Shown here: one piece after another, positions 9,306-19,139 of the stretch
How positions within the stretch are numbered: the first letter of the stretch is position 1
How the letters are laid out: the number at the start of each line of letters is the position of its first letter
Source of the DNA: an uncultured Fibrobacteraceae bacterium
GTDB taxonomy: Bacteria > Krumholzibacteriota > Krumholzibacteriia > LZORAL124-64-63
Reading direction: 5' to 3'
Length of the DNA: 64,000 nucleotides
Assembly (NCBI GenBank): GCA_964617805.1
Contig: CAZTWK010000005.1
Location: forward strand, 48,149-112,148
Program-made: the position numbers and the translations under genes
The notes under the pieces: model-generated
What the model saw: only the letters and a program-made list of their open reading frames with translations
What the model was told of the DNA's origin: nothing
Databases searched by the model: none

Positions 9306-10462
9306 TGAGCCGAGTGGAGACCAAGATGATGTCGAGCGAGACGAGCCTGCGGTACCTGGCGGTGCTGCTCCTGCTGGCGGGCCTGCTGGCCGCGGCCGGC
9401 TGCGCGCCGCACGCCGAGGACGAGACGCCGGGCGAGGTCGCCCGCAACGTGCGCGTGGTGGAGCTGGCGCCGACGGATCTCGACGAGTTCTTCGAGATCT
9501 CGGGCCCCCTGCACCCGGTGCGCGGGACCGACGTGTCCGCCGAGGAGTCGGGCACGGTCCACGCCATTCCCCACGACAAGGGGGACCGCGTCGCACGCGG
9601 GGACGTGCTGGTGGAACTGGACCGGCGCCTGCTGGCGGCCGAGATGGCCGCGGCCGATGACGACCTGAAGCTGCGGACGCACACCGCCGAGAACACCGCC
9701 GCCCTCTTCACGGCCGGCAAGGTGAGCGAGACGGAGAAGCTCGCCGCAGACGCCGCGCAGGCGGGGGCCGAAGCCGCCTACCGCATCGCCAGCCTGCGCT
9801 TCGAGCGGGCCGCCGTGAAGGCGCCCTTCGACGGCGTGGCGGTCGACCGCTACGTGGAGCCCGGACAGCTGGTCCCGTCGGGGATGCCCGTCGCCCGCGT
9901 CATCGATCCCTACGTGCTCAAGCTGGCCGGCACGGTCACCGAGCGCGAGGTGGCCTGGCTGCGCGAGAACGCGCCCGCCACGGTGGATCTCGAGGGCATG
10001 GACGTGCGGGTGCCCGGCAAGGTGGCCTGGATCGGCTTCGAGGCCGAACCGGTCACCGGCAAATTCAAGGTGGAGGTGCACGTGGGCAACGGCGACCTGG
10101 CGCTGCGCGCCGGCGTGGTCGCGCGGGCCCGCATCCACAAGGTGACCCACGAGCGCTCGCTGGTCGTGCCCCGCGACGCCGTCATGTACACGACCCAGGG
10201 CCTGGCGGTCTACGTGGTCGAGGGGGACCGCGCCGCCCTGCGTCCGGTCGTCCTGGGCCCCGACCAGGGCCTGATGGTCGTGATCGCGTCCGGGCTGACC
10301 GCAGGTGACAGGGTCGTGGTGCGGGGGCATCGCGAGCTGGTCGACGGCGCGCTGGTGGAGATCACCGAGCAGGCCGCCGCCCGCGACGGCAGCAACGGCG
10401 GCGACCCTTCCGAGGTCGTCGAGTCCGCCTCGGCCGGCGGAGCGGAGGAGGCGGGCCGATGA
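9302..10462 (+). CDS. RND efflux periplasmic adaptor (membrane fusion protein, HlyD family)
   Basis: ATG overlaps the TolC stop (ATGA). N-terminal membrane anchor/lipobox-like AAAGCA. Biotinyl/lipoyl-like and beta-barrel MFP motifs (ASLRFERAAVKAPFDGVAV). Confidence 0.85.
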   Translation: MMSRVETKMMSSETSLRYLAVLLLLAGLLAAAGCAPHAEDETPGEVARNVRVVELAPTDLDEFFEISGPLHPVRGTDVSAEESGTVHAIPHDKGDRVARGDVLVELDRRLLAAEMAAADDDLKLRTHTAENTAALFTAGKVSETEKLAADAAQAGAEAAYRIASLRFERAAVKAPFDGVAVDRYVEPGQLVPSGMPVARVIDPYVLKLAGTVTEREVAWLRENAPATVDLEGMDVRVPGKVAWIGFEAEPVTGKFKVEVHVGNGDLALRAGVVARARIHKVTHERSLVVPRDAVMYTTQGLAVYVVEGDRAALRPVVLGPDQGLMVVIASGLTAGDRVVVRGHRELVDGALVEITEQAAARDGSNGGDPSEVVESASAGGAEEAGR

Positions 10463-13400
10463 AGATCACCAGCGGCGCGATCCGCAAGTACCCGATGGTC
10501 TTCGCCTTCATGGTGATCATCATCATCGTGGGCATGGACTCGTACCTGGGCCTGCCCCGCGAGTCCAGCCCCGACGTGAAGATCCCCTTCGTGATGGTCA
10601 TGACGCCCTACGCGGGCGCCAGTCCCGAGGACGTGGAGAACCTGGTCACGCGCAAGCTCGAGCGCGAGCTCAAGGGCCTGTCCGATCTCAAGGAGATGAT
10701 CAGCACCTCGGTCGAGGGCATGTCGAGCATCTTCCTGGAGTTCAACACCGACGTGGAGATGAGCGACGCCCTGCAGAAGGTGCGCGACCGCGTCGACCTG
10801 GCCAAGCCGGAGCTGCCCGAGGATCCGCGCGAGGACCTGCTGATCATGGAGATGAGCTCCAGCGACTGGCCGATCATGCAGATCAACCTGGCCGCCGACT
10901 ACGATCCCGCCCTGCTCAAGGAGGTCGGCGAGGACCTCCAGGAGGAGATCGAGAAGGTCAAGGGCGTGCTGGAGGTCGACCTGACCGGCGGCGTGGAGCA
11001 CGAGGTGCTGGTGGAGGTGGATCCCGAGCGCCTGCGCTTCTACAACCTGGGCCTGGTGGACGTGCAGGACGCCATCTTCCTGCAGAACACGACCATCCCG
11101 GGCGGCAAGCTCTCCCTGGGCATGTACGACTACCAGGTGAACGTGCCGGGCGAGGTGGAGGACGCGGCGGAGATCGCGGATTTCGTGGTCAACATCGGCG
11201 CGCCGACCCCGGTCTACATCCGGGACGTGGCCGACGTCAGCTTCGGCGTGAAGGACCGCGAGACCATCTCGCGCGTCAACGGCAAGGACGCGGTGATCCT
11301 GGCGGTCAAGAAGCGCAGCGGCGAGAACATCATCCACATCGCCGACGAGATCCGACTCATCCTCGCCGAGTGGGAGTCCCACCTGCCGCCCGGCACCGAG
11401 ATCACCATCCTGGGCGACCAGTCCAAGGACATCCGGGACATGGTCACCGAGCTGGAGAACAACATCGTCAGCGGCCTGATCCTGGTCGTGGCGGTGCTGC
11501 TGCTGTTCCTGGGCTTCACCAACGCCCTCTTCGTGGGCGTGGCGATCCCCTTCTCCATGCTGATCACCTTCATCGTGCTGCGGGCGCTGGACATCACCCT
11601 GAACATGGTGGTGCTCTTCTCGCTGATCCTGGCCCTGGGCATGCTGGTGGACAACGCCATCGTGATCGTCGAGAACATCTTCCGGCACCGCATCCGCGGC
11701 AAGGACGGGGACGAGGCGGCCCGCTTCGGCGCCCACCAGGTGTCGAACGCCGTGGTGGCCTCGACGCTGACCACCGTCTGCGCCTTCGGGCCGATGATCC
11801 TCTGGCCGGGCATCATGGGCGAGTTCATGAAGTACCTGCCGATCACGGTGGTGATCACGCTGCTGGCCTCGCTGCTGGTGGCGCTGGTCTTCAACCCCGT
11901 GCTCTGCTCGCGTTTCATGAACGTTCCCAGGGAGCAGGGGGACAAGCCCCGCCTCGGCGAGCGGTTGATCGGCTTCGGGCTGAAGTCCTACGAGCCGACC
12001 CTGCGCTGGGCCCTGGGGCACCGCGCCGCGGTGCTGGGGACCGTCGTGGCGGCGCTGGTGGCCGTGTTCATGCTCTTCGGCGTCTTCAACAGCGGCGTCG
12101 AGCTCTTCCCGGACATCGATCCCCGCGTGGCCTACGTGGCCATCGACGCGCCCTCGGGCACGCGCATCGAGGTCAGCGACGTCTACACCCGCGAGGTGGA
12201 GGCGGCGGTGGCCGAGGTGCCCGAGCTGAAGGCCTACACGGGGCAGGTGGGCGCCGAGATCGGCACCTTCGCCGCGGCCCAGGCGCCGGCGCACAAGAGC
12301 TTGGTCACCATGGAGTTCATCGACATCGAGGACCGTTCGCGTCCCTCGGCGCGGTCCATCGAGGAGCTGCGCGAGGAGCTGAGCGGCTTCACCGGGGCGC
12401 GGCTGACCATCGACAAGCAGGAGGAGGGACCGCCCACGGGCCCGCCCGTGAACATCGAGATCTCCGGCGAGGACTTCAACGTGCTCGGCGAGCTGGCCGC
12501 CCAGGTCCGCGAGCGCATCCGCGGCATCGAGGGGCTGGTGGACATCGTCGACGACTTCGATCGCGACCTGCCCCAGATCGAGGTGCGCCAGGACGTGGAC
12601 AAGGCCGGCCGCTTCGGCCTGCGCACCTGGGACATCGCGGGCACGGTCCGCACGGCCCTGCACGGCGCGGAGACGGCCAAGTACCGCGTCGGCGAGGACG
12701 AGTACGACATCCGCGTCCGCCTGCAGCAGCCCTTCCGGCGCAAGGTGGAGGACCTGGAGAACCTGCACGTCTTCTACGAGGGCGAGCAGATACCCCTGTC
12801 GGCCTTCGCCACCACCGAGTTCAAGTCGGGCATCGCGGCCATCAACCGCATCGACAGCGAGCGCGTGGTGTCCATCAGCGGCGAGCCCGCGGCCGGCTAC
12901 AACAGCAACGCGCTGCTGCTGGAATGCCAGCGGGTGCTGGCCGACTTCCCGCTGCCGCTGGGCTACAGCATCGAATACACCGGCGAGATGGAGGACCAGC
13001 GCGAGGCCGAGGAGTTCCTGAGCGACGCCTTCGCCATCGCGCTGATGCTGATCTTCGTGGTGCTGATCAGCCAGTTCAGCTCGGTGACGATCCCCGTGGT
13101 GATCATCTCCAGCGTGGTGTTCTCGCTGATCGGCGTGTTCACGGGACTGATGGTCCACCGCACGCCCTTCGGCATCATCATGACCGGCGTGGGCGTGATC
13201 TCCCTGGCGGGGATCGTCGTCAACAACGCCATCGTCATGCTGGACTACATCATCCAGCTCCGCGGACGCGGCCTCGCCAAGACCGATGCCATCATCCGCG
13301 CCGGCAAGACCCGTTTCCGCCCGGTGATCCTGACGGCGATCACGACGATCCTCGGCCTGATCCCGCTGACCACCGGGGTGTCGGTGAACTTCGCCAGCAT

Positions 13401-13635
13401 CTTCAAGGGGGAGTGGGACCACATCCTGAGCATCGGCGGCGAGTCGAGCCAGTGGTGGGGGCCCATGGGCATCGCGGTGATCTGGGGCCTGGCCGTGGCC
13501 ACGTTCCTGACGCTGATCGTGGTGCCGGTGATGTACTCGTCGCTCGACCCCTTCAAGCGCGGGCTGCGCGCGGTGACCGTCGGCTGGTGGCTCGACCGCG
13601 TGCGGCGTGCCGGGCCGGAGGCGTCGGACGCCTGA
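10459..13635 (+). CDS. RND family efflux transporter permease (AcrB/AcrD/AcrF-like)
   Basis: 1058 aa with 12-TM architecture and two large periplasmic loops. Start overlaps the MFP stop (ATGA). Confidence 0.9.
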   Translation: MKITSGAIRKYPMVFAFMVIIIIVGMDSYLGLPRESSPDVKIPFVMVMTPYAGASPEDVENLVTRKLERELKGLSDLKEMISTSVEGMSSIFLEFNTDVEMSDALQKVRDRVDLAKPELPEDPREDLLIMEMSSSDWPIMQINLAADYDPALLKEVGEDLQEEIEKVKGVLEVDLTGGVEHEVLVEVDPERLRFYNLGLVDVQDAIFLQNTTIPGGKLSLGMYDYQVNVPGEVEDAAEIADFVVNIGAPTPVYIRDVADVSFGVKDRETISRVNGKDAVILAVKKRSGENIIHIADEIRLILAEWESHLPPGTEITILGDQSKDIRDMVTELENNIVSGLILVVAVLLLFLGFTNALFVGVAIPFSMLITFIVLRALDITLNMVVLFSLILALGMLVDNAIVIVENIFRHRIRGKDGDEAARFGAHQVSNAVVASTLTTVCAFGPMILWPGIMGEFMKYLPITVVITLLASLLVALVFNPVLCSRFMNVPREQGDKPRLGERLIGFGLKSYEPTLRWALGHRAAVLGTVVAALVAVFMLFGVFNSGVELFPDIDPRVAYVAIDAPSGTRIEVSDVYTREVEAAVAEVPELKAYTGQVGAEIGTFAAAQAPAHKSLVTMEFIDIEDRSRPSARSIEELREELSGFTGARLTIDKQEEGPPTGPPVNIEISGEDFNVLGELAAQVRERIRGIEGLVDIVDDFDRDLPQIEVRQDVDKAGRFGLRTWDIAGTVRTALHGAETAKYRVGEDEYDIRVRLQQPFRRKVEDLENLHVFYEGEQIPLSAFATTEFKSGIAAINRIDSERVVSISGEPAAGYNSNALLLECQRVLADFPLPLGYSIEYTGEMEDQREAEEFLSDAFAIALMLIFVVLISQFSSVTIPVVIISSVVFSLIGVFTGLMVHRTPFGIIMTGVGVISLAGIVVNNAIVMLDYIIQLRGRGLAKTDAIIRAGKTRFRPVILTAITTILGLIPLTTGVSVNFASIFKGEWDHILSIGGESSQWWGPMGIAVIWGLAVATFLTLIVVPVMYSSLDPFKRGLRAVTVGWWLDRVRRAGPEASDA

Positions 13636-13655
13636 CCGGCCACTGCGAACGGCCG

Positions 13656-13688
13656 CCGGCCCGCCGGAAACACCCTCCGGCGGGCCGG
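13656..13688 (+). terminator. Rho-independent terminator after the RND operon
   Basis: Perfect 13-bp inverted repeat ccggcccgccgga / tccggcgggccgg with a 7-nt loop, 20 nt after the stop. Confidence 0.6.
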
Positions 13689-13812
13689 TCGTTCCGGCCG
13701 CGCGCGAGGAGCGGCCGGGGGGTCGTTGGCGTTATACTGGACACGATGACGTCGAGACATCGACAGTATATGGATCGCCGCCGCCCACAGCGGTGATACA
13801 GGAGGTAATCCC

Positions 13813-14649
13813 ATGACGGTCGACGCCCGCGATCGTGAACTCCCCACCGGTCCCTTCCGCAGGGTCGTGTCGCTGGTGCCCAGCCTGACCGACACCGTCT
13901 GCGGCCTCGGGGCGTCCGACCGCCTGGTCGGCCGCACTCTGTACTGCACGGAGCCGCGCCTGCAGGTGCGGGGCGTGCCCGAGTACGGCGGGACCAAGAA
14001 TCCCAAGGTCGAGCAGATCCTCGCGGCCCGCCCGGACCTGGTGCTGGCCTGCGTGGAGGAGAACAAGGAGGAGCACCTGGCGGCCTTCGAGGACGCCGGC
14101 GTGCCCGTCTACACCGTCATGCCGCGCAGCCTGGACGACATCGACGGCCTGCTCGCCGCCCTCGGCGAACTGCTCGACGTCGCCGACGCCGCCCGCCGGG
14201 CCCGCGACGAGCTGGCCGCCAGCCGCGAGGACGCCGCGGCCTGGCGCGCGAAACTCTCCGATCGCCAGAACGGCGACGACGCGCCCTTCCCCGTGCCCGC
14301 GGCGACCCTCATCTGGAAGAATCCCTGGCTGGCGGCCGGTTCCGGCACGCACATCGACGCCGTGATGGAGGCCGTCGGTCTCGCCAACGCCTTCGCCGAC
14401 CGGCAGGACTACTTCGCCATCGAACTCGAGGACCTCGGGCGCATGGACCTGGACCTGGTCCTGATGCCCGACGAACCGTACCGCTGGAGCAAGCGCGACC
14501 TGGTGGTGGTGGCCGAGGCCGCCGGCTACATCGACGAGCCCGAGTACTGCGCCCGCCTCGACGGCAAGCTGCTCACCTGGTACGGCACGCGCACGGCGCC
14601 GTCCCTGCGTGAGCTCATCCATCGGCTCGAGCCCCTGCTCTTCGAATAG
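13813..14649 (+). CDS. ABC transporter substrate-binding protein, BtuF/FecB-like (helical-backbone periplasmic binding protein family)
   Basis: RBS GGAGG. Fold motifs similar to the cobalamin/siderophore binding protein family. No obvious signal peptide. Confidence 0.55.
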   Translation: MTVDARDRELPTGPFRRVVSLVPSLTDTVCGLGASDRLVGRTLYCTEPRLQVRGVPEYGGTKNPKVEQILAARPDLVLACVEENKEEHLAAFEDAGVPVYTVMPRSLDDIDGLLAALGELLDVADAARRARDELAASREDAAAWRAKLSDRQNGDDAPFPVPAATLIWKNPWLAAGSGTHIDAVMEAVGLANAFADRQDYFAIELEDLGRMDLDLVLMPDEPYRWSKRDLVVVAEAAGYIDEPEYCARLDGKLLTWYGTRTAPSLRELIHRLEPLLFE

Positions 14650-14650
14650 C

Positions 14651-15730
14651 TCAGAGATGCAGTTCCAGGATGTCCCCGTCCGCGACCTCGTAGTCGCGTC
14701 CGACCTGCTGCCCGTCGAACTTGCCGCTGCCCCAGACGCGCGCGTGCTTGAGGCTCTCGGCCATGCCGCGGTGGACCAGCGCGGCCACGTCGGCCACCGT
14801 GTCGCCCCGGAAGACCGTGAAGGGACGCTCCATGTCCGGGTCCTTGCCGGGGACCTTGGTGTAGATGCGCAGCACGTCGAGGCCGCGCCGCAGCACCGAG
14901 CCCAGCAGGTCCAGGCCCTGCCCCGTCTCGGCCGAGACCGCCAGCGCCGGGAAGCAGGCCTCCACCAGTTCCAGCAGGACCGCCACCTCCTCCGGGTCCA
15001 GCCCCAGGTCGATCTTGTTGACCACCAGCAGGGTGGGCAGCTCGATGCGGAAGAGGCTCTCGTCCGCCTCGTCCCCGGGCGTGTCCGGCCGCTCGTGCGC
15101 CTCGGCGGGATCGTCGGCCCCGGGCAAGGCCTCGATGAGGCCGCAGGGCAGGCGGCCCCGCCAGTCGTCCGAGAGCACGATGCGCTTCTCGGCCAGGCGG
15201 TCGCGGATCGTGACCACGTCCTCGGTGCAGCCGGGCACATTGAGGTCGATGACCAGCAGGGCGGCGTGGGCGGGTTGCATGGCGTTGGGCAGCCAGGGCA
15301 CCATGAACTCGCCCGAGACCGGCGGCAGGTCCACGAGCTGGAAGGGCACGTCGTTGTGCAGCAGCATGCCGGGCTGGGGCTCGTTGGTGGTGTGGGGGTA
15401 GGGGGCCGACTCGGCCTGCGACCCGGTCAGCCGTGAGTGCAGTAGCGACTTGCCCGCGTTGGGCGGCCCGACCAGCGACACCTGTGCCGCGCCGTCGGGC
15501 CGGATGACGTGGGTCGGTCCCGTGCGGGCGGCGCCCTTGCGCGGGCCCTCGAGTTCGGACGTCAGTTCCTTGATGCGCGTCTTGATGTCCGCCTGCAGGT
15601 GCTCGGTCCCCTTGTGCTTGGGGATCGTCTTGAGCATCTCGCGCAGGTGTTCGAGGCGCTCGTCCGGATCGCGCGCCTGGCGGAAGGCCGCCTCGGCCTT
15701 CTTGTATTCGGGTGAGACGTTCGTGGGCAT
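14651..15730 (-). CDS. Obg-family/DRG-like GTPase with C-terminal TGS domain
   Basis: G1 GPPNAGKS, G3 DLPP, G4 NKID. C-terminal TGS-like beta-grasp (RIYTKVPGK...GDILEL). Confidence 0.8.
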   Translation of the reverse strand: MPTNVSPEYKKAEAAFRQARDPDERLEHLREMLKTIPKHKGTEHLQADIKTRIKELTSELEGPRKGAARTGPTHVIRPDGAAQVSLVGPPNAGKSLLHSRLTGSQAESAPYPHTTNEPQPGMLLHNDVPFQLVDLPPVSGEFMVPWLPNAMQPAHAALLVIDLNVPGCTEDVVTIRDRLAEKRIVLSDDWRGRLPCGLIEALPGADDPAEAHERPDTPGDEADESLFRIELPTLLVVNKIDLGLDPEEVAVLLELVEACFPALAVSAETGQGLDLLGSVLRRGLDVLRIYTKVPGKDPDMERPFTVFRGDTVADVAALVHRGMAESLKHARVWGSGKFDGQQVGRDYEVADGDILELHL

Positions 15731-15745
15731 GGTTCCTCGCGCCGC

Positions 15746-16174
15746 ATGATATCATGTCCACGTCCTTTTGCGGAACCCCTGCGCGGAGGTGCCGACCTGA
15801 TCCACCGTCTGCTGGCCGACCTCGTGGTGCTCCTCCACTTCGCCTTCATCCTGTTCGTCTTTCTGGGCGGGCTGCTCGTGGTACGCCGCCCACGGCTGGC
15901 CTGGCTGCACCTGCCGGCGGCCGTCTGGGGCGCGCTCATCGAGTTCCTGGGCTGGTACTGCCCCCTGACGCCCCTGGAGAACCGTCTTCGCCTCGCGGCC
16001 GGCCAGGAGGGCTACGCCACGGGCTTCGTCGAGCACTACATCCTGCCCATCGTCTACCCGCCCGGGCTGACGCGCGAGGTGCAGCTCGTGCTGGGCGTCC
16101 TGGTGCTGCTGGTCAACGCGGCCGCCTACGGGTGGGCGTGGCGGCGGCGGAAACGGCGTGGCCCGGTCTCGTGA
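15746..16174 (+). CDS. DUF2784-like small integral membrane protein
   Basis: Three or four hydrophobic helices; conserved WYCPLTPLEN motif. Confidence 0.5.
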   Translation: MISCPRPFAEPLRGGADLIHRLLADLVVLLHFAFILFVFLGGLLVVRRPRLAWLHLPAAVWGALIEFLGWYCPLTPLENRLRLAAGQEGYATGFVEHYILPIVYPPGLTREVQLVLGVLVLLVNAAAYGWAWRRRKRRGPVS

Positions 16175-16217
16175 CCTGTGCTACAAATCTGGCCCACGAG
16201 GAGAGGACGCCCTGTCC

Positions 16218-16898
16218 ATGCGTGAGCGTGACGACTACTACGTCGAAGGCCTGGCCGCCGAGCGGCTGCGCCGCTGCTACGAGCTGGCCACGCCGGCGGT
16301 GCGCCGCTACCTGGCGGCGGAGATCGCGCACGTGCGCGCGCGGATCGCCCCGGGTGACCGCGTTCTGGAACTGGGTTGCGGCTACGGGCGTATCATGCGG
16401 TCGCTGGCGCCGGGAGCGGGCTTCGTCTGCGGCGTCGACACTTCGCTGGCGAGCCTGCGCCTGGGGACCGACCACCTGGCGGGGCTGGACAACACGGCGC
16501 TGGTCCTGGCGGACGCCGCCGATCCCGCCGGCCGGGACGGCGCCTTCGACGTGGTCTGCTGCCTGCAGAACGGGGTCTCCGCCTTCAAGGTCGATCCCGT
16601 GCGGCTCTGCGCGGCGGCCCTGGCGGCGGTGCGGACGGGCGGTCGCGTGCTGTTCTCCAGCTATGCCGCGGAATTCTGGACCGAGCGGCTGGCATGGTTC
16701 CGCATCCAGGCCGATCATGGACTGGTCGGCGAGATAGACGAGGCGGCCACCGGCGACGGCGAGATCGTCTGCCGGGACGGCTTCACCGCCACCACATTCG
16801 ATGCGCGCGATTTTCGGGCCCTGGCCTCCGCCTGCGGCCGCGAGGCGCGCGTGGAGACCGTCGCGGGTTCGTGCCTGTTCTGTGAGCTCACGGCCTGA
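16218..16898 (+). CDS. Class I SAM-dependent methyltransferase
   Basis: RBS GGAGAGGA then ATG (internal M21 of ORF 16158..16898). Motif I VLELGCGYG; post-I acidic residue. Confidence 0.7.
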   Translation: MRERDDYYVEGLAAERLRRCYELATPAVRRYLAAEIAHVRARIAPGDRVLELGCGYGRIMRSLAPGAGFVCGVDTSLASLRLGTDHLAGLDNTALVLADAADPAGRDGAFDVVCCLQNGVSAFKVDPVRLCAAALAAVRTGGRVLFSSYAAEFWTERLAWFRIQADHGLVGEIDEAATGDGEIVCRDGFTATTFDARDFRALASACGREARVETVAGSCLFCELTA

Positions 16899-16912
16899 AG
16901 GGAGAAAACCAC

Positions 16913-17983
16913 ATGATTTCGAGGATCGTCCTGACCTGCATCGTCCTGTCCCTGCCCGCCGCGGCCTGCGCGGCCGGCGACGTCTTCGAGCTCGAGACCG
17001 GCGAGCTCGACGGCGTCCCCTACACCCTGGCGGTGCCCGACGACTGGAACGGCACCCTGCTGCTGCAGGCCCACGGCTCCCGCCCGGCCGACGCGCCCCT
17101 GCTGGCCGACCTGGACGCCGACGACGCGGCCAACCGCGCCCTGCTGGACGAGGGCTGGCTCATCGCCTACTCCGCCTTCCGCCGCAACGGCCCCATCGTG
17201 CTGGACGCGGTGCAGGACCTGCTCGCCCTGCGGGCCCACGTGGCCGCCACCCACGGCGCGCCGGAGCGCGTGCTGGTGGAGGGCTGGTCCATGGGCGCGG
17301 CGGTGGCGACCGTGCTGGTGGAGCACCACGCCGACGCCGTCGACGGCGCCTGCGCCTTCAGCCCGCACTACTCGGTCTCCGTGCCGGGCGAGGACCTGGC
17401 GTTCACGCGTCGGCCCCGGAGCCCCCTGCTGCTGCTCAGCAACCAGGGCGAGTCGGGAGACGCCCGCGCCTACCTGCAGACCGCCGGCGAGGCCGGCGCC
17501 CCCGCCGCCTTCTGGCTGGTCAAGCGCTACGGACACGTGAGCGTGAATTCGGCGGAGCGCCTGGAGGCCCTGCGCGCCCTGGCGGCCTGGGCCGCCAGCG
17601 GCGCGGCGCCCGGCACCCGCGACCTGCTGGTGAGCATGACCCCCGAGTCCGTCGCCATGCGCGGCGACGGCACGATCTCGGCCAACGTCCTGTCGGTCGA
17701 CCCGGTCCACGGCAACGTCGAGACCGCCTTCGTGCCTGCGGACCTGGCCTATCTGGGCGTCGCGGAGAACAAGCTCGTCCGGGTCGTCGCGGGCGAGGGG
17801 AGGACGGGCGCGCTGTACGGCAAGTCCATCTTCAGCGTCAACCCCGAGCGGGGCGTGATCTTCGTCAACGAGGAGGGTCGTCTGACCATCGCCGTCAACC
17901 ACGGCAGCGCCGTCGACCGGCTCCGCTGCGACGTCGGCGACTTCCTGACCGTGAGCCCCTGGGACGGGGCTGGCCAGCCGTGA
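16913..17983 (+). CDS. Secreted alpha/beta-hydrolase family protein
   Basis: RBS GAAGGGAG. Signal peptide. Nucleophile elbow GWSMG. Confidence 0.7.
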   Translation: MISRIVLTCIVLSLPAAACAAGDVFELETGELDGVPYTLAVPDDWNGTLLLQAHGSRPADAPLLADLDADDAANRALLDEGWLIAYSAFRRNGPIVLDAVQDLLALRAHVAATHGAPERVLVEGWSMGAAVATVLVEHHADAVDGACAFSPHYSVSVPGEDLAFTRRPRSPLLLLSNQGESGDARAYLQTAGEAGAPAAFWLVKRYGHVSVNSAERLEALRALAAWAASGAAPGTRDLLVSMTPESVAMRGDGTISANVLSVDPVHGNVETAFVPADLAYLGVAENKLVRVVAGEGRTGALYGKSIFSVNPERGVIFVNEEGRLTIAVNHGSAVDRLRCDVGDFLTVSPWDGAGQP

Positions 17984-19041
17984 TCCCGGCGCTGATCGGC
18001 GCCTCGGCCCTCGCCGGCCTCCTCGCCATCGCGCGCCTGCGCGCCTACGACGTGCACGAGAAGGAACCGTGGCGCGTCATGCTCCTGGTCACCCTCGTGG
18101 GCGGGGTCTGGTCCGTGGTCATCAGCGCGATCCTCTACACCGTCTTCGACGCGGCGGGCGTCGGCGACGTCAGGACCTGGCTGGGCGCCATGCTGGTCAT
18201 CGGACCGGTGGAGGAGGGCGCCAAGCTGCTGGCCATGCTCAGCTGCCTACCCCTGTTCCGCCGCCACATGGACGAGCCGGCCGACGGCGTCATCTACATG
18301 GCCTGCGTGGCCCTGGGCTTCTCGCTGATCGAGAACGTCTTCTACGCCCTCTCGGCCGACAACGCGGGGGGCCTGCTGACGCTGCGGCTGCTGACCGCGA
18401 CCCCGGCCCACATCCTGTTCAGCTTCCCCATGGGACTGGCCGTCTACGCGCGGCGGCGCGAGGGCGCCCGGGCGGGCCTGCTCCGCCGCGCCTTCCTCTA
18501 CGCCGCCGTGGCCCACGGCGTGTGGGACGTGCTGGCCTTCAACGGGCTGGCGCTGTTCGTGTTCTTCCTGCTGGTCTGGCTGGGCGCCCGCTTCTTCGGC
18601 ACGGTCATGTCCTATGCCGCCTGCGTGTCGCCCTTCCGCCAGCGGCTGGCCGACTTCCTGGACGGCGAGCCGGCGGCCGACGCCGACACCGGCCTCGAGT
18701 GCCTCGTCTGCGGCGACACCGGCGACAAGCCCGCCTGGCGCCGCGGCAAGATCCGCGTGCAGCGCTGCGGGACCTGCGGCAGCCACGTCTCCACCTGGGA
18801 CAGCCTGTACTTCCTCTTCCGCCACTTCGGAGGCTGGTACGGGCGCCTCGAGGTGAAGCCCGCGTCCGAGGGGCCGCGCGAGGGCCTGCTCACGGTCGAG
18901 GCCGGCAATCTCGCCTGCCGTACCGCCGGGGTGACGGCCTTCCGCGTCGACGAGCTCGCGCCGGTGCTGGACGAACTGGGGGAACGCGCCGTCATGCGCG
19001 TGGAGGGTTCCTGGTGGTTCCCGGGCAAGGATCTCACCTAG
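17980..19041 (+). CDS. PrsW-family intramembrane metalloprotease with C-terminal 4-Cys zinc-ribbon domain
   Basis: GTG overlaps the upstream stop (GTGA). PrsW motifs EEGAK and HGVWD. Multiple TM helices. C-terminal CLVC...CGTC ribbon plus ~90 aa of extra domain. Confidence 0.65.
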   Translation: MIPALIGASALAGLLAIARLRAYDVHEKEPWRVMLLVTLVGGVWSVVISAILYTVFDAAGVGDVRTWLGAMLVIGPVEEGAKLLAMLSCLPLFRRHMDEPADGVIYMACVALGFSLIENVFYALSADNAGGLLTLRLLTATPAHILFSFPMGLAVYARRREGARAGLLRRAFLYAAVAHGVWDVLAFNGLALFVFFLLVWLGARFFGTVMSYAACVSPFRQRLADFLDGEPAADADTGLECLVCGDTGDKPAWRRGKIRVQRCGTCGSHVSTWDSLYFLFRHFGGWYGRLEVKPASEGPREGLLTVEAGNLACRTAGVTAFRVDELAPVLDELGERAVMRVEGSWWFPGKDLT

Positions 19042-19139
19042 ACGCGCCCGATGATATCGAACAATATCTCCCGATGAGCGTATGACACGGTGATCCGCGG
19101 TCGGCCCGCGGTGCTCACACGTTTCGTTTGGAGGAGAAC

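Noticed and set aside
13813-14649. BtuF-like binding protein as part of an ABC importer operon.
   Set aside because: No permease or ATPase genes are adjacent. The downstream gene is convergent, and the protein lacks an obvious signal peptide. It is reported only as a lone binding-protein homolog.
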